47,604 nt of DNA, from the NCBI GenBank assembly GCA_964557455.1, contig CAZLAL010000090.1, positions 1 to 47,604 of the forward strand, written 5' to 3'. The translations under genes and the position numbers were made by a program. This DNA is from an uncultured Dehalococcoidales bacterium. Its GTDB lineage: Bacteria; Chloroflexota; Dehalococcoidia; GIF9; AB-539-J10. This document shows, one piece after another, positions 9,787 to 18,381 of this stretch; the first letter of the stretch is position 1; every line of letters starts with the position of its first letter. Below the pieces are notes generated by a model. It did no database searches. It was given only the letters and a program-made list of their open reading frames with translations, and was not told the origin of the DNA.

Positions 9787-10917
9787 ATGGACTTTACAAT
9801 CGGGCGGAAAGGCTTGCTCGGCTACATTAAGGCTCTTAGCGGAAGCAATATCGTTAAGATAGTCCCTGCTTCCTCTAACGGCAGTGCTAGCGAGGCGCAG
9901 ACTGCTGCTAAAAAGCTGAAAGTAGCGTGTGGGGCTTGCACCAGCTACCTTGACGACACGGCTTGGATTGGCGATAAGACGGCCATGACCTTTGCTGAAA
10001 TCAGAGTGTGTCCAGCTAACAGCGTCAAACCCAATCTTGGAAGCCTGGAGCTATCGGAGGCAATCAGCAGAGTGCTTCCCTTCACCGCTAAGGATGAAGT
10101 CAGACCAGTTCTCCAATGCGTTCTCTTTAGGGCGAAGGAAGGCAAGCTGTCTATGGTTGCTAGCGATGGTTTTAGACTGGCGACTGTGGCACTGGACTAC
10201 GACGACAGCGAGGGCGACGTGCTAGTCCACAAAGACGAGCTAAGAGGCATCGCCAATGCCTTACGCAAGGCAAAGAGGGTTAGACTGGGCTTTGAGAAAG
10301 GCGGTGATACTCTTGACGGCATGAGCTTGATAATTGATACCGAAGCGATACGCTATCAATGGCGTGGCGCTGAAGGCCAATTCCCCGACTATGAGAAGCT
10401 CATACCGACGGAGTTCAACACCGTAGCGCACCTTGACACCGTTGAGGCTGTCAAGGCCGTGTATTCCTTCAGAGCTTTGTCGGATAATCCCAAAGACTAT
10501 CCCATAGACCTTACCATTGGCGAAGGCAAGATTGTCATGGCTAATCCCGATGAAAAGGGAGAGGCCACAATCCCCGCCGACACCGATGGACAGGGTTCTG
10601 TGAGAGTGGATGGGAGATACTTAGCCGAAGCTCTCAAGGCTTGCGGTGGCATGGTGGACTTCAAGCTCGTCAATGCCTACTCTCCAATGCTCTTTGCCAA
10701 TGACGGCTATCAAGTGGTAGTAATGCCCTTGATGACCCCACAGGCAAACGCAGCGATGGAGCAAGATAGGCAAGCGAAAGCACCAATCGAAGCGGAAGCA
10801 CCAGTAGAAGGGGAAGCCGAAGCGCAAGCGGAAGCGGAAACTGGGGAAGAGTCCGAGCAAGAGCCGAGAAAGAGGAAGAAGAGCCGAAAGGCTAAGGTAC
10901 TCGCAGCAGTAGCCTAG
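9787..10917 (+). CDS. DNA polymerase III beta sliding-clamp (DnaN) paralog, divergent, with a charged C-terminal tail
   Basis: From ATG 9787 the protein starts MDFTIGRKGLLGYIKAL, like DnaN (MKFTI..). It also has PVLQCVLFRAKEGKLSMVASDGFRLATV (domain II ATDGxRLA block), GQFPDYEKLIP (FPDY..IP motif) and YQVVVMPLM (the canonical C-terminal VVMPMR-like block). A 60-aa EA-rich then KRKK tail follows. The ORF-track GTG start at 9697 is less likely: AAAGGGTG lies 7 nt before 9787. Confidence 0.65.
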   Translation: MDFTIGRKGLLGYIKALSGSNIVKIVPASSNGSASEAQTAAKKLKVACGACTSYLDDTAWIGDKTAMTFAEIRVCPANSVKPNLGSLELSEAISRVLPFTAKDEVRPVLQCVLFRAKEGKLSMVASDGFRLATVALDYDDSEGDVLVHKDELRGIANALRKAKRVRLGFEKGGDTLDGMSLIIDTEAIRYQWRGAEGQFPDYEKLIPTEFNTVAHLDTVEAVKAVYSFRALSDNPKDYPIDLTIGEGKIVMANPDEKGEATIPADTDGQGSVRVDGRYLAEALKACGGMVDFKLVNAYSPMLFANDGYQVVVMPLMTPQANAAMEQDRQAKAPIEAEAPVEGEAEAQAEAETGEESEQEPRKRKKSRKAKVLAAVA

Positions 10918-10949
10918 AGCGTTTGACCGAAAACAACCACGCACAGGAA

Positions 10950-10970
10950 GGCGGCGGTAGCCGCCTTTTT
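10950..10970 (+). terminator. intrinsic terminator hairpin after the clamp-like gene
   Basis: GGCGGC (10950-10955), loop GGTA, GCCGCC (10960-10965), then TTTTT. Confidence 0.6.
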
Positions 10971-10982
10971 GTGCTTTCTGTA

Positions 10983-11025
10983 GGGGGTATTCCTGCCCTT
11001 AGTGGCGTGGAATACCCCCTTTTTT
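10983..11025 (+). terminator. second, stronger intrinsic terminator
   Basis: Perfect 11-bp stem GGGGGTATTCC (10983-10993) / GGAATACCCCC (11009-11019), a 15-nt loop, then TTTTTT (11020-11025). Confidence 0.65.
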
Positions 11026-11055
11026 GTGCGTGGCGAGGGCAGGAAAGGGGGAAAG

Positions 11056-11259
11056 GTGATATGCGAATTCTGCGGCCAGGATGTCCCTGCTCTGATAAAG
11101 CTGCGGGTTTACACACGGCAGGGCATCTGGGTCTGCCAGGACTGCTATGAGGCGATAGACAGCCATCGGCACAAACCTTATTCAAGGATAATGGACAAGC
11201 TCGCGCTACTGGAAGCCGGTTATCAGGCCAATCGGAAGCTGGCAAGAAGTCAAAGGTAA
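11056..11259 (+). CDS. small zinc-finger protein (hypothetical)
   Basis: GTG start after GGGGGAAAG. (M)ICEFCGQ...VCQDCYEAI gives two CxxC pairs. The ORF-track ATG 11002 lies inside the terminator hairpin, so it is unlikely to be the start. Whether the gene is real is uncertain. Confidence 0.35.
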   Translation: MICEFCGQDVPALIKLRVYTRQGIWVCQDCYEAIDSHRHKPYSRIMDKLALLEAGYQANRKLARSQR

Positions 11260-11293
11260 TCTGTCCTTACAGGCGAGAGAGTGCGACAGAATA

Positions 11294-11325
11294 GGGTCGA
11301 GGTTAACTCCTCGGCCCTGTTTTTT
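11294..11325 (+). terminator. intrinsic terminator hairpin
   Basis: GGGTCGAGG (11294-11302) / CCTCGGCCC (11309-11317) with one G:U pair, then TGTTTTTT. Confidence 0.55.
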
Positions 11326-11334
11326 GCCTTTGAG

Positions 11335-11384
11335 GTAACAAAGTACGCTAATGTGACTTGCTGAACAAAGCAAGTTTTTGTTAC
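11335..11384 (+). terminator. nested inverted repeats with a terminator-like inner hairpin
   Basis: Outer repeat GTAACAAA (11335-11342) / TTTGTTAC (11377-11384). Inner stem ACTTGCT (11356-11362) / AGCAAGT (11369-11375), followed by a T run. Confidence 0.45.
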
Positions 11385-11508
11385 ATGGGCCTAGGATTCT
11401 GCCCTTCTTCTAATTGGCAAAGCAATCTTGCTTTGGAAAGAAAATGAGATCTTGTAGCGTTTCATTGGAGCTCTTATGCTCCGGTATATTGCGCAACTAT
11501 CGTTTACT

Positions 11509-14500
11509 TCAATGCCATGTTAGTGACGCTACTCCTGTTGTTTGAGCAAATTTGATGGCTGTTTGAGCATGCATCCACGATAACTTGAAATAAGTAGTCG
11601 CTTGGACTGGCATATCCCTCTCCAAATATTCGTATGCCTTGTCCAGTCGCTCTTCGGCCTTGGCAATTTCCCTACCCACTATTTTCTGTTTCCGCGCATT
11701 TTCTACATCTATGCTCTTGGCATCGTTGATTGCTATGATACATAGAAGCTTATCCGCGTTTGTCAGTTTATCTATAACTGCTTCGATTTCATCTTCGATA
11801 GAGGGATCAATTCTTTTTGCTATCTCCAGCTTAAGAACAGCCGCCTTCTCCATATCAAATACTAAAGCACCTCCTGTTGCCGCTGAGCATAAATGAGAAT
11901 CATCAATCCATAGCCTATCAGCAAGCGATTTATTAATGAACCAGCGTGAATTATCAATAAAGCGCTGAGCAGCTCTTTTACTTGGCTCTATAGTGTCTAA
12001 GCTGCTAATCGCATCTTCCTTAATTAGCTGCGGAATTGTTTCGTGCAAGAACTCATCATGCGTAAGCTCATCATCGGAAGTGACAGTGCTTTCAAATATG
12101 CCATCGCCGTCGGAATCTATCTGAGCTGTGACGCCTTCTTCACCTTGAGACAGGGCATCCCAGTCAATGATGTATTGATGCACTGTCCCGGGTGTTATAG
12201 GAATATCTGTGGCGGCGAAGGCGGTAGCGTCTTCATCCTCAACAGAGGTCACCGTCAGTCCATAAGTCCCAGCATCTACTCCTGCTATTTCATACCGATC
12301 CAAACTACTTGGGGAAAACAATATAGCAGTGTTATCGAAATACGCTGACTCCGGAATCTCTTCTTTTATTTCCCCATCCACCAAACCTGTAACTCGCCCC
12401 TCCGAATCGTAGACCCTCAGTTCACCAGGACTATGCTGTTGTACTACGATCATCGAGCTTGAGATATCAACTCTGTAAAGTCCCTCTATTGTCGCAGCAT
12501 AGAGAATACGAGAGTCGATGCCGGAGGCGAGAACCAAATCTTTGACATGCCTATCTTTCAAGTCACCTAGGGGAAACCAGTTCTCACCAGAGTCGGGGGA
12601 AAAGTAGATATACTTGAATCCCCATTCCCCAGATGCGTAAATCACTCTGTCGTAATCAGGATGCACACATATCGAGCCCATTTTCCCCGTTGTGCCGTAC
12701 ATGCCTATTGTACGCAATACCGGATCCACGTCAGGGAGAGGATTCAACCCGCTGCTGCCGCTTGCGTCATCCCATACTTCACCCCCATCGACAGACTTGT
12801 CGACACTGTAGCTCTCTGTTACGCCTGTTATGGTGTAGAGCATATGAGCATCTGTCTCAGAAACGGCTATATCATCTATTTTTCCAAAAGGCACTTCTAG
12901 TAATGTCTCCCAAGTGTCGCCACTGTCTTCAGACTTGATGAGATGTGCTGGAATAAGAATACCGGACCAGCCCATAGCTTCAGATGGCGCAAAATTGTAC
13001 GCAGCAGCGTAAACGATACTTGGATTGGCAGGGCTAATAGCAAGACTGACTACTTCCAGCAATGTTTCCCTGTGAACCGGCAGGTCCCAGATTTTCTCCC
13101 AAGATTCTCCTCCGTTAGTTGTCCTCCAAATTCCTCCACCAACAGTACCGACATAAACAATACCAGGATCTGCTGGATGAACGGCCATCGAAGAAATGGG
13201 ATAGTAGCCCTTAAATATCAACAACGTTGTGAAGTATGGCCCGGCAATTGGCGTCCATTCTGCACCTCCATTAGTGGATTTGTAGATCCCTTTCGCGGTG
13301 GAAGTCAGGTCAGAATATGGGTCAAAAGCTGATGTGCCTACATAAATTACATCAGAGTCTGATGGAGCGATGGCAATTGCACCAATTGGCCAATAGTATT
13401 GTGATCCCGGTGCCGGGTGTAGTCCTGCATTTGTTGGAGTCCAATCAAGTCCACCATTTGTTGATCTGTAGAGTGTATCTCCTACGTATCCCCAGTAATA
13501 ATGGTCGTGGCTGGCTATTGCATATATCACCTCAGGGCTGTTCGGGTGAACCGTGATTTGTAAAAGCCGGGTCGATATGTCCCACGCTTCCTCTTCCCAC
13601 GGTCCGCTTATCTCTTCCCACAACGCGGGCGGTGGAGCAGGACTAACATAAGTTTCCTCGAAAACAGTAATATCTCGTTCTCTATATCTCCTAGCTTCAT
13701 TGAAATCCTGTATGATTTCTCCATCAACTTCTACGTCGATGTTTGTGTTCCAGTTACACTCGTCCTCACCTGGAGTATGTTTCTCTGTGTGGTAGGCACA
13801 GAAGAAATGGTATGTCCCAGGTTTTTCGGGCAGGGTGAGATACCCTTGATAAGCATGACTGTCTCCTGGATTAAGCATGACATCATAGCTTTTCCCAAAA
13901 TCAACGACCTCGCCAGTAGGGCCACGTCCGCCTACAAGTAGTACATCAAAGGTGATAGATTCCGTTCCCCTATTGGTGATGGTGAACTTGGACGCTAATG
14001 TGTCTCCTACGTAATAGATATCTTTGGCAGTTATCTCTAAAGGCACAGTGATGACCGGGTAAGGAACAGGGCCTGTCTCGTAATTCTCGAATGGTGCAAC
14101 CAGTGGATAATCGTCTGCATCCGAGGCCAAATCGTAAGGGGTGTCCCAAACTCCAGTTAAACCTATCTCTCCAGCACCTGGATACCTGTCTTCGTAATCG
14201 CTCCAGTAGTTGCCGAGGTAGTTTGTATAAGTATTGCCGTTGTAGGTGTAGGTTATTTCTTCTGGAGAATGCCATATGTTGGGTGAACTCTCAGGATAAA
14301 CATGTCCGCCGTTATCAAAGTTGTTGAGGTAGACTATGTTATTTGATGAATATATGAGACTGATCCCTTCGTGGAAATTGTATGATGCTTTGTTATTGAT
14401 TACCATGATATGACTAGAGGTTCCTAAAGAGATTCCTAACCTATTATTTGAAACATCGACATTTTCTATCTTCGAATTATGGGTGTTTATAAACAACACT

Positions 14501-17500
14501 CCCTCGCCATTATTGCTTAGGGAAAGGTCTCTTACTGTTATGCCCCTGGAGTTAACGACTCCAATATAACCAACATCCCAGGTTGAATCTATAACCAGAT
14601 CGGCTTGGTTCACGATGTATTGTATAGGCTTTCCATTCACTTTGTTGGTAGTGTCTATCCTGTGGTCGCCGTAAATCCCCGTAACATCAAAGTTCCAGCG
14701 GTTATTTGACATTATGTTGCCAGTAAGAGTGTTATTGCTGCAATTCTGAAGTAGAAGGCCGGTTAGTTGGCTATTCGATATGTGGTTATCGACCAGAGTG
14801 TTATTATGAGCATTACTTGAGAATATTCCGAAGTTGTTCGAGTCTAAGGTGTTGCTACTTAATACATTGTTATGTGACTGAGAGAGAGTGATTCCATCTC
14901 CAGTGCCTTTTATAATGTTATGACAGATGCTGCAATAGTTTGCATTTGCCAGATAAACAGCTCCGGCTCCACGATCAGTGGTAAAGCCACTTACCTCCAC
15001 TTCATCAACTGTGATATGAAATACTACTTCATTCAGGTTTGCAGGCTTAATGATTGTTGTCTCAGCCCCGTTCTCTGACTGAATGGTCAAGTGATCCTTG
15101 TTCACGTTTATGTTCTCGGTGTAAGTACCAGGATAAATAATAATACTGTCCCCAGAGTTGGCAGCATCGACAGCTTCCTGAATCGTGGTGAAATCGGCGG
15201 CAGGGTAATCAACAAGGTCATCGTCAACATACCATATTTTAGGGCCAGCGCCTGTCCCCCACTCTAAATCACTGCTTCTATAGAATTTGATGTCAGAGCC
15301 GTCGTTCCAAACAAAGGCGTAACCGTCTTTTGGTCTGCTGGTTCTAACATCACTTACAACTGGCCACCAAGCCCAAATGAGATTCGAATATTCTTGGTCT
15401 ACAGAAGCAGAAGTAAGGTCTTGAACCAAACTCCAGCCAGTGGTGTATTTCCTATATCGTATTTGGTAATAGTCCGGTGAACCTGAGTGCTTTCCTTGCC
15501 AGACTACGTGAAGAGCATCATTGCTGTCTACTGATATGCTTGGGTTTTTCTGTGGATATTCACTTGCGGGACAGACCTCTTCGGCTGTTTGCCAGCCACT
15601 AGAAGTCCTCATGCTCATCATAATAGGCCCTGGGGTAACGCCACTAACACCGCTGTACGAACCTAAATAATAAAGCACATAAATGTTACCGCTGCTAGCC
15701 AGTGCTATTGAGCCCGGAGACCAATCGTGGTCATCAGTCTGAATAATTTCCTCACTCTGCCAACCACTGGCGGTTCTCTTTCGATATCTCAGCCCATAAT
15801 GGGAACCAGACTTTGGTGAGTGAGTGTAAACCACATGAGCATCATTATCCTCGTCTATCGCTACTGCTGGATTCCCACCCCAGCAATTTGAACTGACCGT
15901 TTCAGGTGAACCCCAACCTGACGGGGTCCTCTTTATGTACCTTACATAGTGACAGCTGTAGGCACCACCCCATTTCCCGCCAACAACAAGATGGACATTA
16001 TCATGACTATCTATTGCCAGTGAAGGCAAAGATTGTTGATTAATAACATCCTCAATGTCCTGCCACGTTGTTGTCTTTACACGATACTGAATTGCACAGG
16101 TCTCACTTGACCCGCTACCCTGGCGTGTATCCCAAACGACATGGATGTAGTCCTTACTATCTGTGGCAATTGATGGATTCTCGTGCCTATAAGGGGCATC
16201 AGTTACCGCTTCCTCAATCCAACTTTCTCCTTCGTCGGTAGAATAGGAATGATAGATTTGACTATAGGAACCATCAGAGCGGCTGTAAACGCAGTGTAAA
16301 ACACCATCAGAAGTCCTTGCCAGTTTCCTTGGATTATTCTGACTCAACTTACCTGGTGCAACAATTTCATTAGCAGGTTCTGTCTTGAAGGTTACGTCAG
16401 AGCCATAGCTTGTCTCCTTGCCATTTTGAGCACACGCTCTGAAGTGATAAGTGGTATCGGGGTTTAGCCCAGATATAACGGTGGTAAACGGCCCGGTTGA
16501 TGAGACTGATAGCTTTGAGGTTGAGCTTCCGTAGGATGTTGATGTCCCATAGTCAAACCATACCTGGCAGGTCTCTCCACCTGTGCTGTCGAGGTTGCCG
16601 GTCAGCACTGCTGACGACGTGGTGACGCTAGATGCACCCTCAGTTGTTACCTGTGGCGGATTGTCTGCCGGAATGACTTCCACCTCGATGGGAGAAAAAC
16701 CTGAGTCCGTTTCTGTGACCCAGTTTCCTGCACCATCGCCGATATGTATCCCATACCAATAAGTGCCAACTGTGAGGGGTGTATCAGAAAAAGAACCAGG
16801 GTAGGGGCCATTTCCGACGCCGGAGAGTGTAGTGCTATCCACTTGCTCCCAACTTGCTGTTTCGTACTTTCGCCACAGCTGGATCCAACCCAAGCCAGAA
16901 CCACCCGTATCTGAGATCGTATAGGAGATGGCAAATGGGTTACCCGGAGTGACGGAACTGGGTACAACGTTAAAGGCGGTAACGACTGGTGGTGTTGAGT
17001 CGCTTTGGTACAATTCCTTCCATTCATTAACCAGATTAACAGCATACGGGTCACTGGGACTGAGCCCAGACCAGGTCGCCACTGCCTGTTGAATGGCCTC
17101 TTCATCAAAAGATACTCTTGCTAGCATTTGCCGAATGGCTTCGTAATATGATAGTGACAGAGTATTTGCGGTGGCTTCAACACCTGTATCCTCGTCAACA
17201 TAATTCTTGACGCCTGCAGCATTGAAATCCCAGCTTTTTTCTCCCATATCCCAAGTTGTCGCCAATGGATTCCAGCATGCCTCTGTGTTCTCATAACGCG
17301 TCCATATTTCTAAGGCTTCTAGTGCGAAATCATTGATAGGCAGGCTGAGTTGACTTAATACACTGTCAAAGAAGTCGGGGGCCTTTTCAGGAGTATCCCT
17401 CCCGGGCATGCTGCAAGCGTATTCAAGCCAATCCTCAACTGCCCAGCCGGAATATAATCCTGGGCCAAAGTCGACCTGCCACCAGATATAACCGTCAGCA

Positions 17501-17754
17501 CTTGATGGCCCGTCGAGGACTTCTCCTATAGTCCCTTCTGGTGCGTAACCAGGATAATCAGGGTCTGTGATCTCAGGATAGCTAGTTCCCGCTCCTTCAC
17601 GCACATTAAGATTGGCGGTGACTTCAACAGTATCCCCTATATTGAACTTGTCAGCCGCCTGAGCGATGCCCGGTGACCCACCAAATGTCGTCCAAAGCAT
17701 AGCAAGCACAATTGCAGTTCCAAGGATTCTGCCTATAAACCTAGCTTTCTTCAT
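11509..17754 (-). CDS. giant secreted surface protein: signal peptide, SH3b-like domain, FN3 domains, BNR/Asp-box propeller, PbH1 right-handed beta-helix, second Asp-box propeller, helical C-terminus
   Basis: 2081 aa from ATG 17754, with a GGAGG 6 nt upstream. Signal peptide: MKKARFIGRILGTAIVLAMLW...GIAQA. Asp-boxes: STDEGESW, STNGGLDW, STNGGAEW, TTNGGESW, SEDSGDTW, SVDGGEVW and SPDSGENW. N-rich PbH1 repeats (NNVLSSNTLDSNNFGIFSSNAHNNTLVDNHISNS...). By eye it is AT-richer than the flanking DNA. Confidence 0.85.
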   Translation of the reverse strand: MKKARFIGRILGTAIVLAMLWTTFGGSPGIAQAADKFNIGDTVEVTANLNVREGAGTSYPEITDPDYPGYAPEGTIGEVLDGPSSADGYIWWQVDFGPGLYSGWAVEDWLEYACSMPGRDTPEKAPDFFDSVLSQLSLPINDFALEALEIWTRYENTEACWNPLATTWDMGEKSWDFNAAGVKNYVDEDTGVEATANTLSLSYYEAIRQMLARVSFDEEAIQQAVATWSGLSPSDPYAVNLVNEWKELYQSDSTPPVVTAFNVVPSSVTPGNPFAISYTISDTGGSGLGWIQLWRKYETASWEQVDSTTLSGVGNGPYPGSFSDTPLTVGTYWYGIHIGDGAGNWVTETDSGFSPIEVEVIPADNPPQVTTEGASSVTTSSAVLTGNLDSTGGETCQVWFDYGTSTSYGSSTSKLSVSSTGPFTTVISGLNPDTTYHFRACAQNGKETSYGSDVTFKTEPANEIVAPGKLSQNNPRKLARTSDGVLHCVYSRSDGSYSQIYHSYSTDEGESWIEEAVTDAPYRHENPSIATDSKDYIHVVWDTRQGSGSSETCAIQYRVKTTTWQDIEDVINQQSLPSLAIDSHDNVHLVVGGKWGGAYSCHYVRYIKRTPSGWGSPETVSSNCWGGNPAVAIDEDNDAHVVYTHSPKSGSHYGLRYRKRTASGWQSEEIIQTDDHDWSPGSIALASSGNIYVLYYLGSYSGVSGVTPGPIMMSMRTSSGWQTAEEVCPASEYPQKNPSISVDSNDALHVVWQGKHSGSPDYYQIRYRKYTTGWSLVQDLTSASVDQEYSNLIWAWWPVVSDVRTSRPKDGYAFVWNDGSDIKFYRSSDLEWGTGAGPKIWYVDDDLVDYPAADFTTIQEAVDAANSGDSIIIYPGTYTENINVNKDHLTIQSENGAETTIIKPANLNEVVFHITVDEVEVSGFTTDRGAGAVYLANANYCSICHNIIKGTGDGITLSQSHNNVLSSNTLDSNNFGIFSSNAHNNTLVDNHISNSQLTGLLLQNCSNNTLTGNIMSNNRWNFDVTGIYGDHRIDTTNKVNGKPIQYIVNQADLVIDSTWDVGYIGVVNSRGITVRDLSLSNNGEGVLFINTHNSKIENVDVSNNRLGISLGTSSHIMVINNKASYNFHEGISLIYSSNNIVYLNNFDNGGHVYPESSPNIWHSPEEITYTYNGNTYTNYLGNYWSDYEDRYPGAGEIGLTGVWDTPYDLASDADDYPLVAPFENYETGPVPYPVITVPLEITAKDIYYVGDTLASKFTITNRGTESITFDVLLVGGRGPTGEVVDFGKSYDVMLNPGDSHAYQGYLTLPEKPGTYHFFCAYHTEKHTPGEDECNWNTNIDVEVDGEIIQDFNEARRYRERDITVFEETYVSPAPPPALWEEISGPWEEEAWDISTRLLQITVHPNSPEVIYAIASHDHYYWGYVGDTLYRSTNGGLDWTPTNAGLHPAPGSQYYWPIGAIAIAPSDSDVIYVGTSAFDPYSDLTSTAKGIYKSTNGGAEWTPIAGPYFTTLLIFKGYYPISSMAVHPADPGIVYVGTVGGGIWRTTNGGESWEKIWDLPVHRETLLEVVSLAISPANPSIVYAAAYNFAPSEAMGWSGILIPAHLIKSEDSGDTWETLLEVPFGKIDDIAVSETDAHMLYTITGVTESYSVDKSVDGGEVWDDASGSSGLNPLPDVDPVLRTIGMYGTTGKMGSICVHPDYDRVIYASGEWGFKYIYFSPDSGENWFPLGDLKDRHVKDLVLASGIDSRILYAATIEGLYRVDISSSMIVVQQHSPGELRVYDSEGRVTGLVDGEIKEEIPESAYFDNTAILFSPSSLDRYEIAGVDAGTYGLTVTSVEDEDATAFAATDIPITPGTVHQYIIDWDALSQGEEGVTAQIDSDGDGIFESTVTSDDELTHDEFLHETIPQLIKEDAISSLDTIEPSKRAAQRFIDNSRWFINKSLADRLWIDDSHLCSAATGGALVFDMEKAAVLKLEIAKRIDPSIEDEIEAVIDKLTNADKLLCIIAINDAKSIDVENARKQKIVGREIAKAEERLDKAYEYLERDMPVQATTYFKLSWMHAQTAIKFAQTTGVASLTWH

Positions 17755-18381
17755 TGTATGACCTCCATTGTTCACTGCTTCATACTTGTCGTCATAGTTC
17801 GGTGAGTGCGCAGCATGCGATTATCCTGCTGTATACGCCGACTTGGAAAAAGCGGGAAGTGAGAGAACCTTTTGATGAACGGCTGATCGCCACTTCTACA
17901 TCCTCATGGGAACTATGAGCACTGACATTATTGTACTACTGTCACTGGGATGATTGTCAATATGCCTAGACTTGCCTTTTCTTACCAATCGAGGCCTCCT
18001 GACTACTCCGGCGGCTGTGTTACTGACTTCGCAGGAGGACGTTGCCCAGCACCAGTGCATACAAGGGCAGCTTGCCAGTGTCCCCTGAGCTTTGAAACTA
18101 CGGTTTGGATTGTGGCCATATGACTGAAGCACAGAGGAAAGGCACTCAGCACAAATCACACATTTCCGAGGATTGTTACTCAACGTCCATACCACAACAA
18201 CATTGTCGATTCCGGGGATATAATACCAATCTATTCTATGGTGGGCCCAACTGCTATGGTGTCCCTCGAATTCTTGAAACGCTAACACAGCCTGAATAAG
18301 GCATCGGGGATTAACGTTTCGTGCTACGCCGATATGTTATACTATAAATGCCCACGGAATAGGTATTAAAACAGATTCCAG

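Noticed and set aside
9697-10917. Initial reading of the clamp-like protein as a two-domain (PCNA-like, trimer-forming) beta-clamp
   Set aside because: Re-reading shows a DnaN-type N-terminus (MDFTIGRKGLLGYIKAL) at internal ATG 9787. The ASDGFRLA block therefore corresponds to domain II. Three domains are present, with domain I merely shortened.
17896-18288. 130-aa minus ORF with an HNH-like pattern (FEGHH...IDN...CVICAEC...GHN)
   Set aside because: Only a loose resemblance. The first CxxC pair of an HNH finger is missing, there is no RBS, and the rest of the peptide is low quality. It could be a decayed HNH gene, but I cannot support that from sequence alone.
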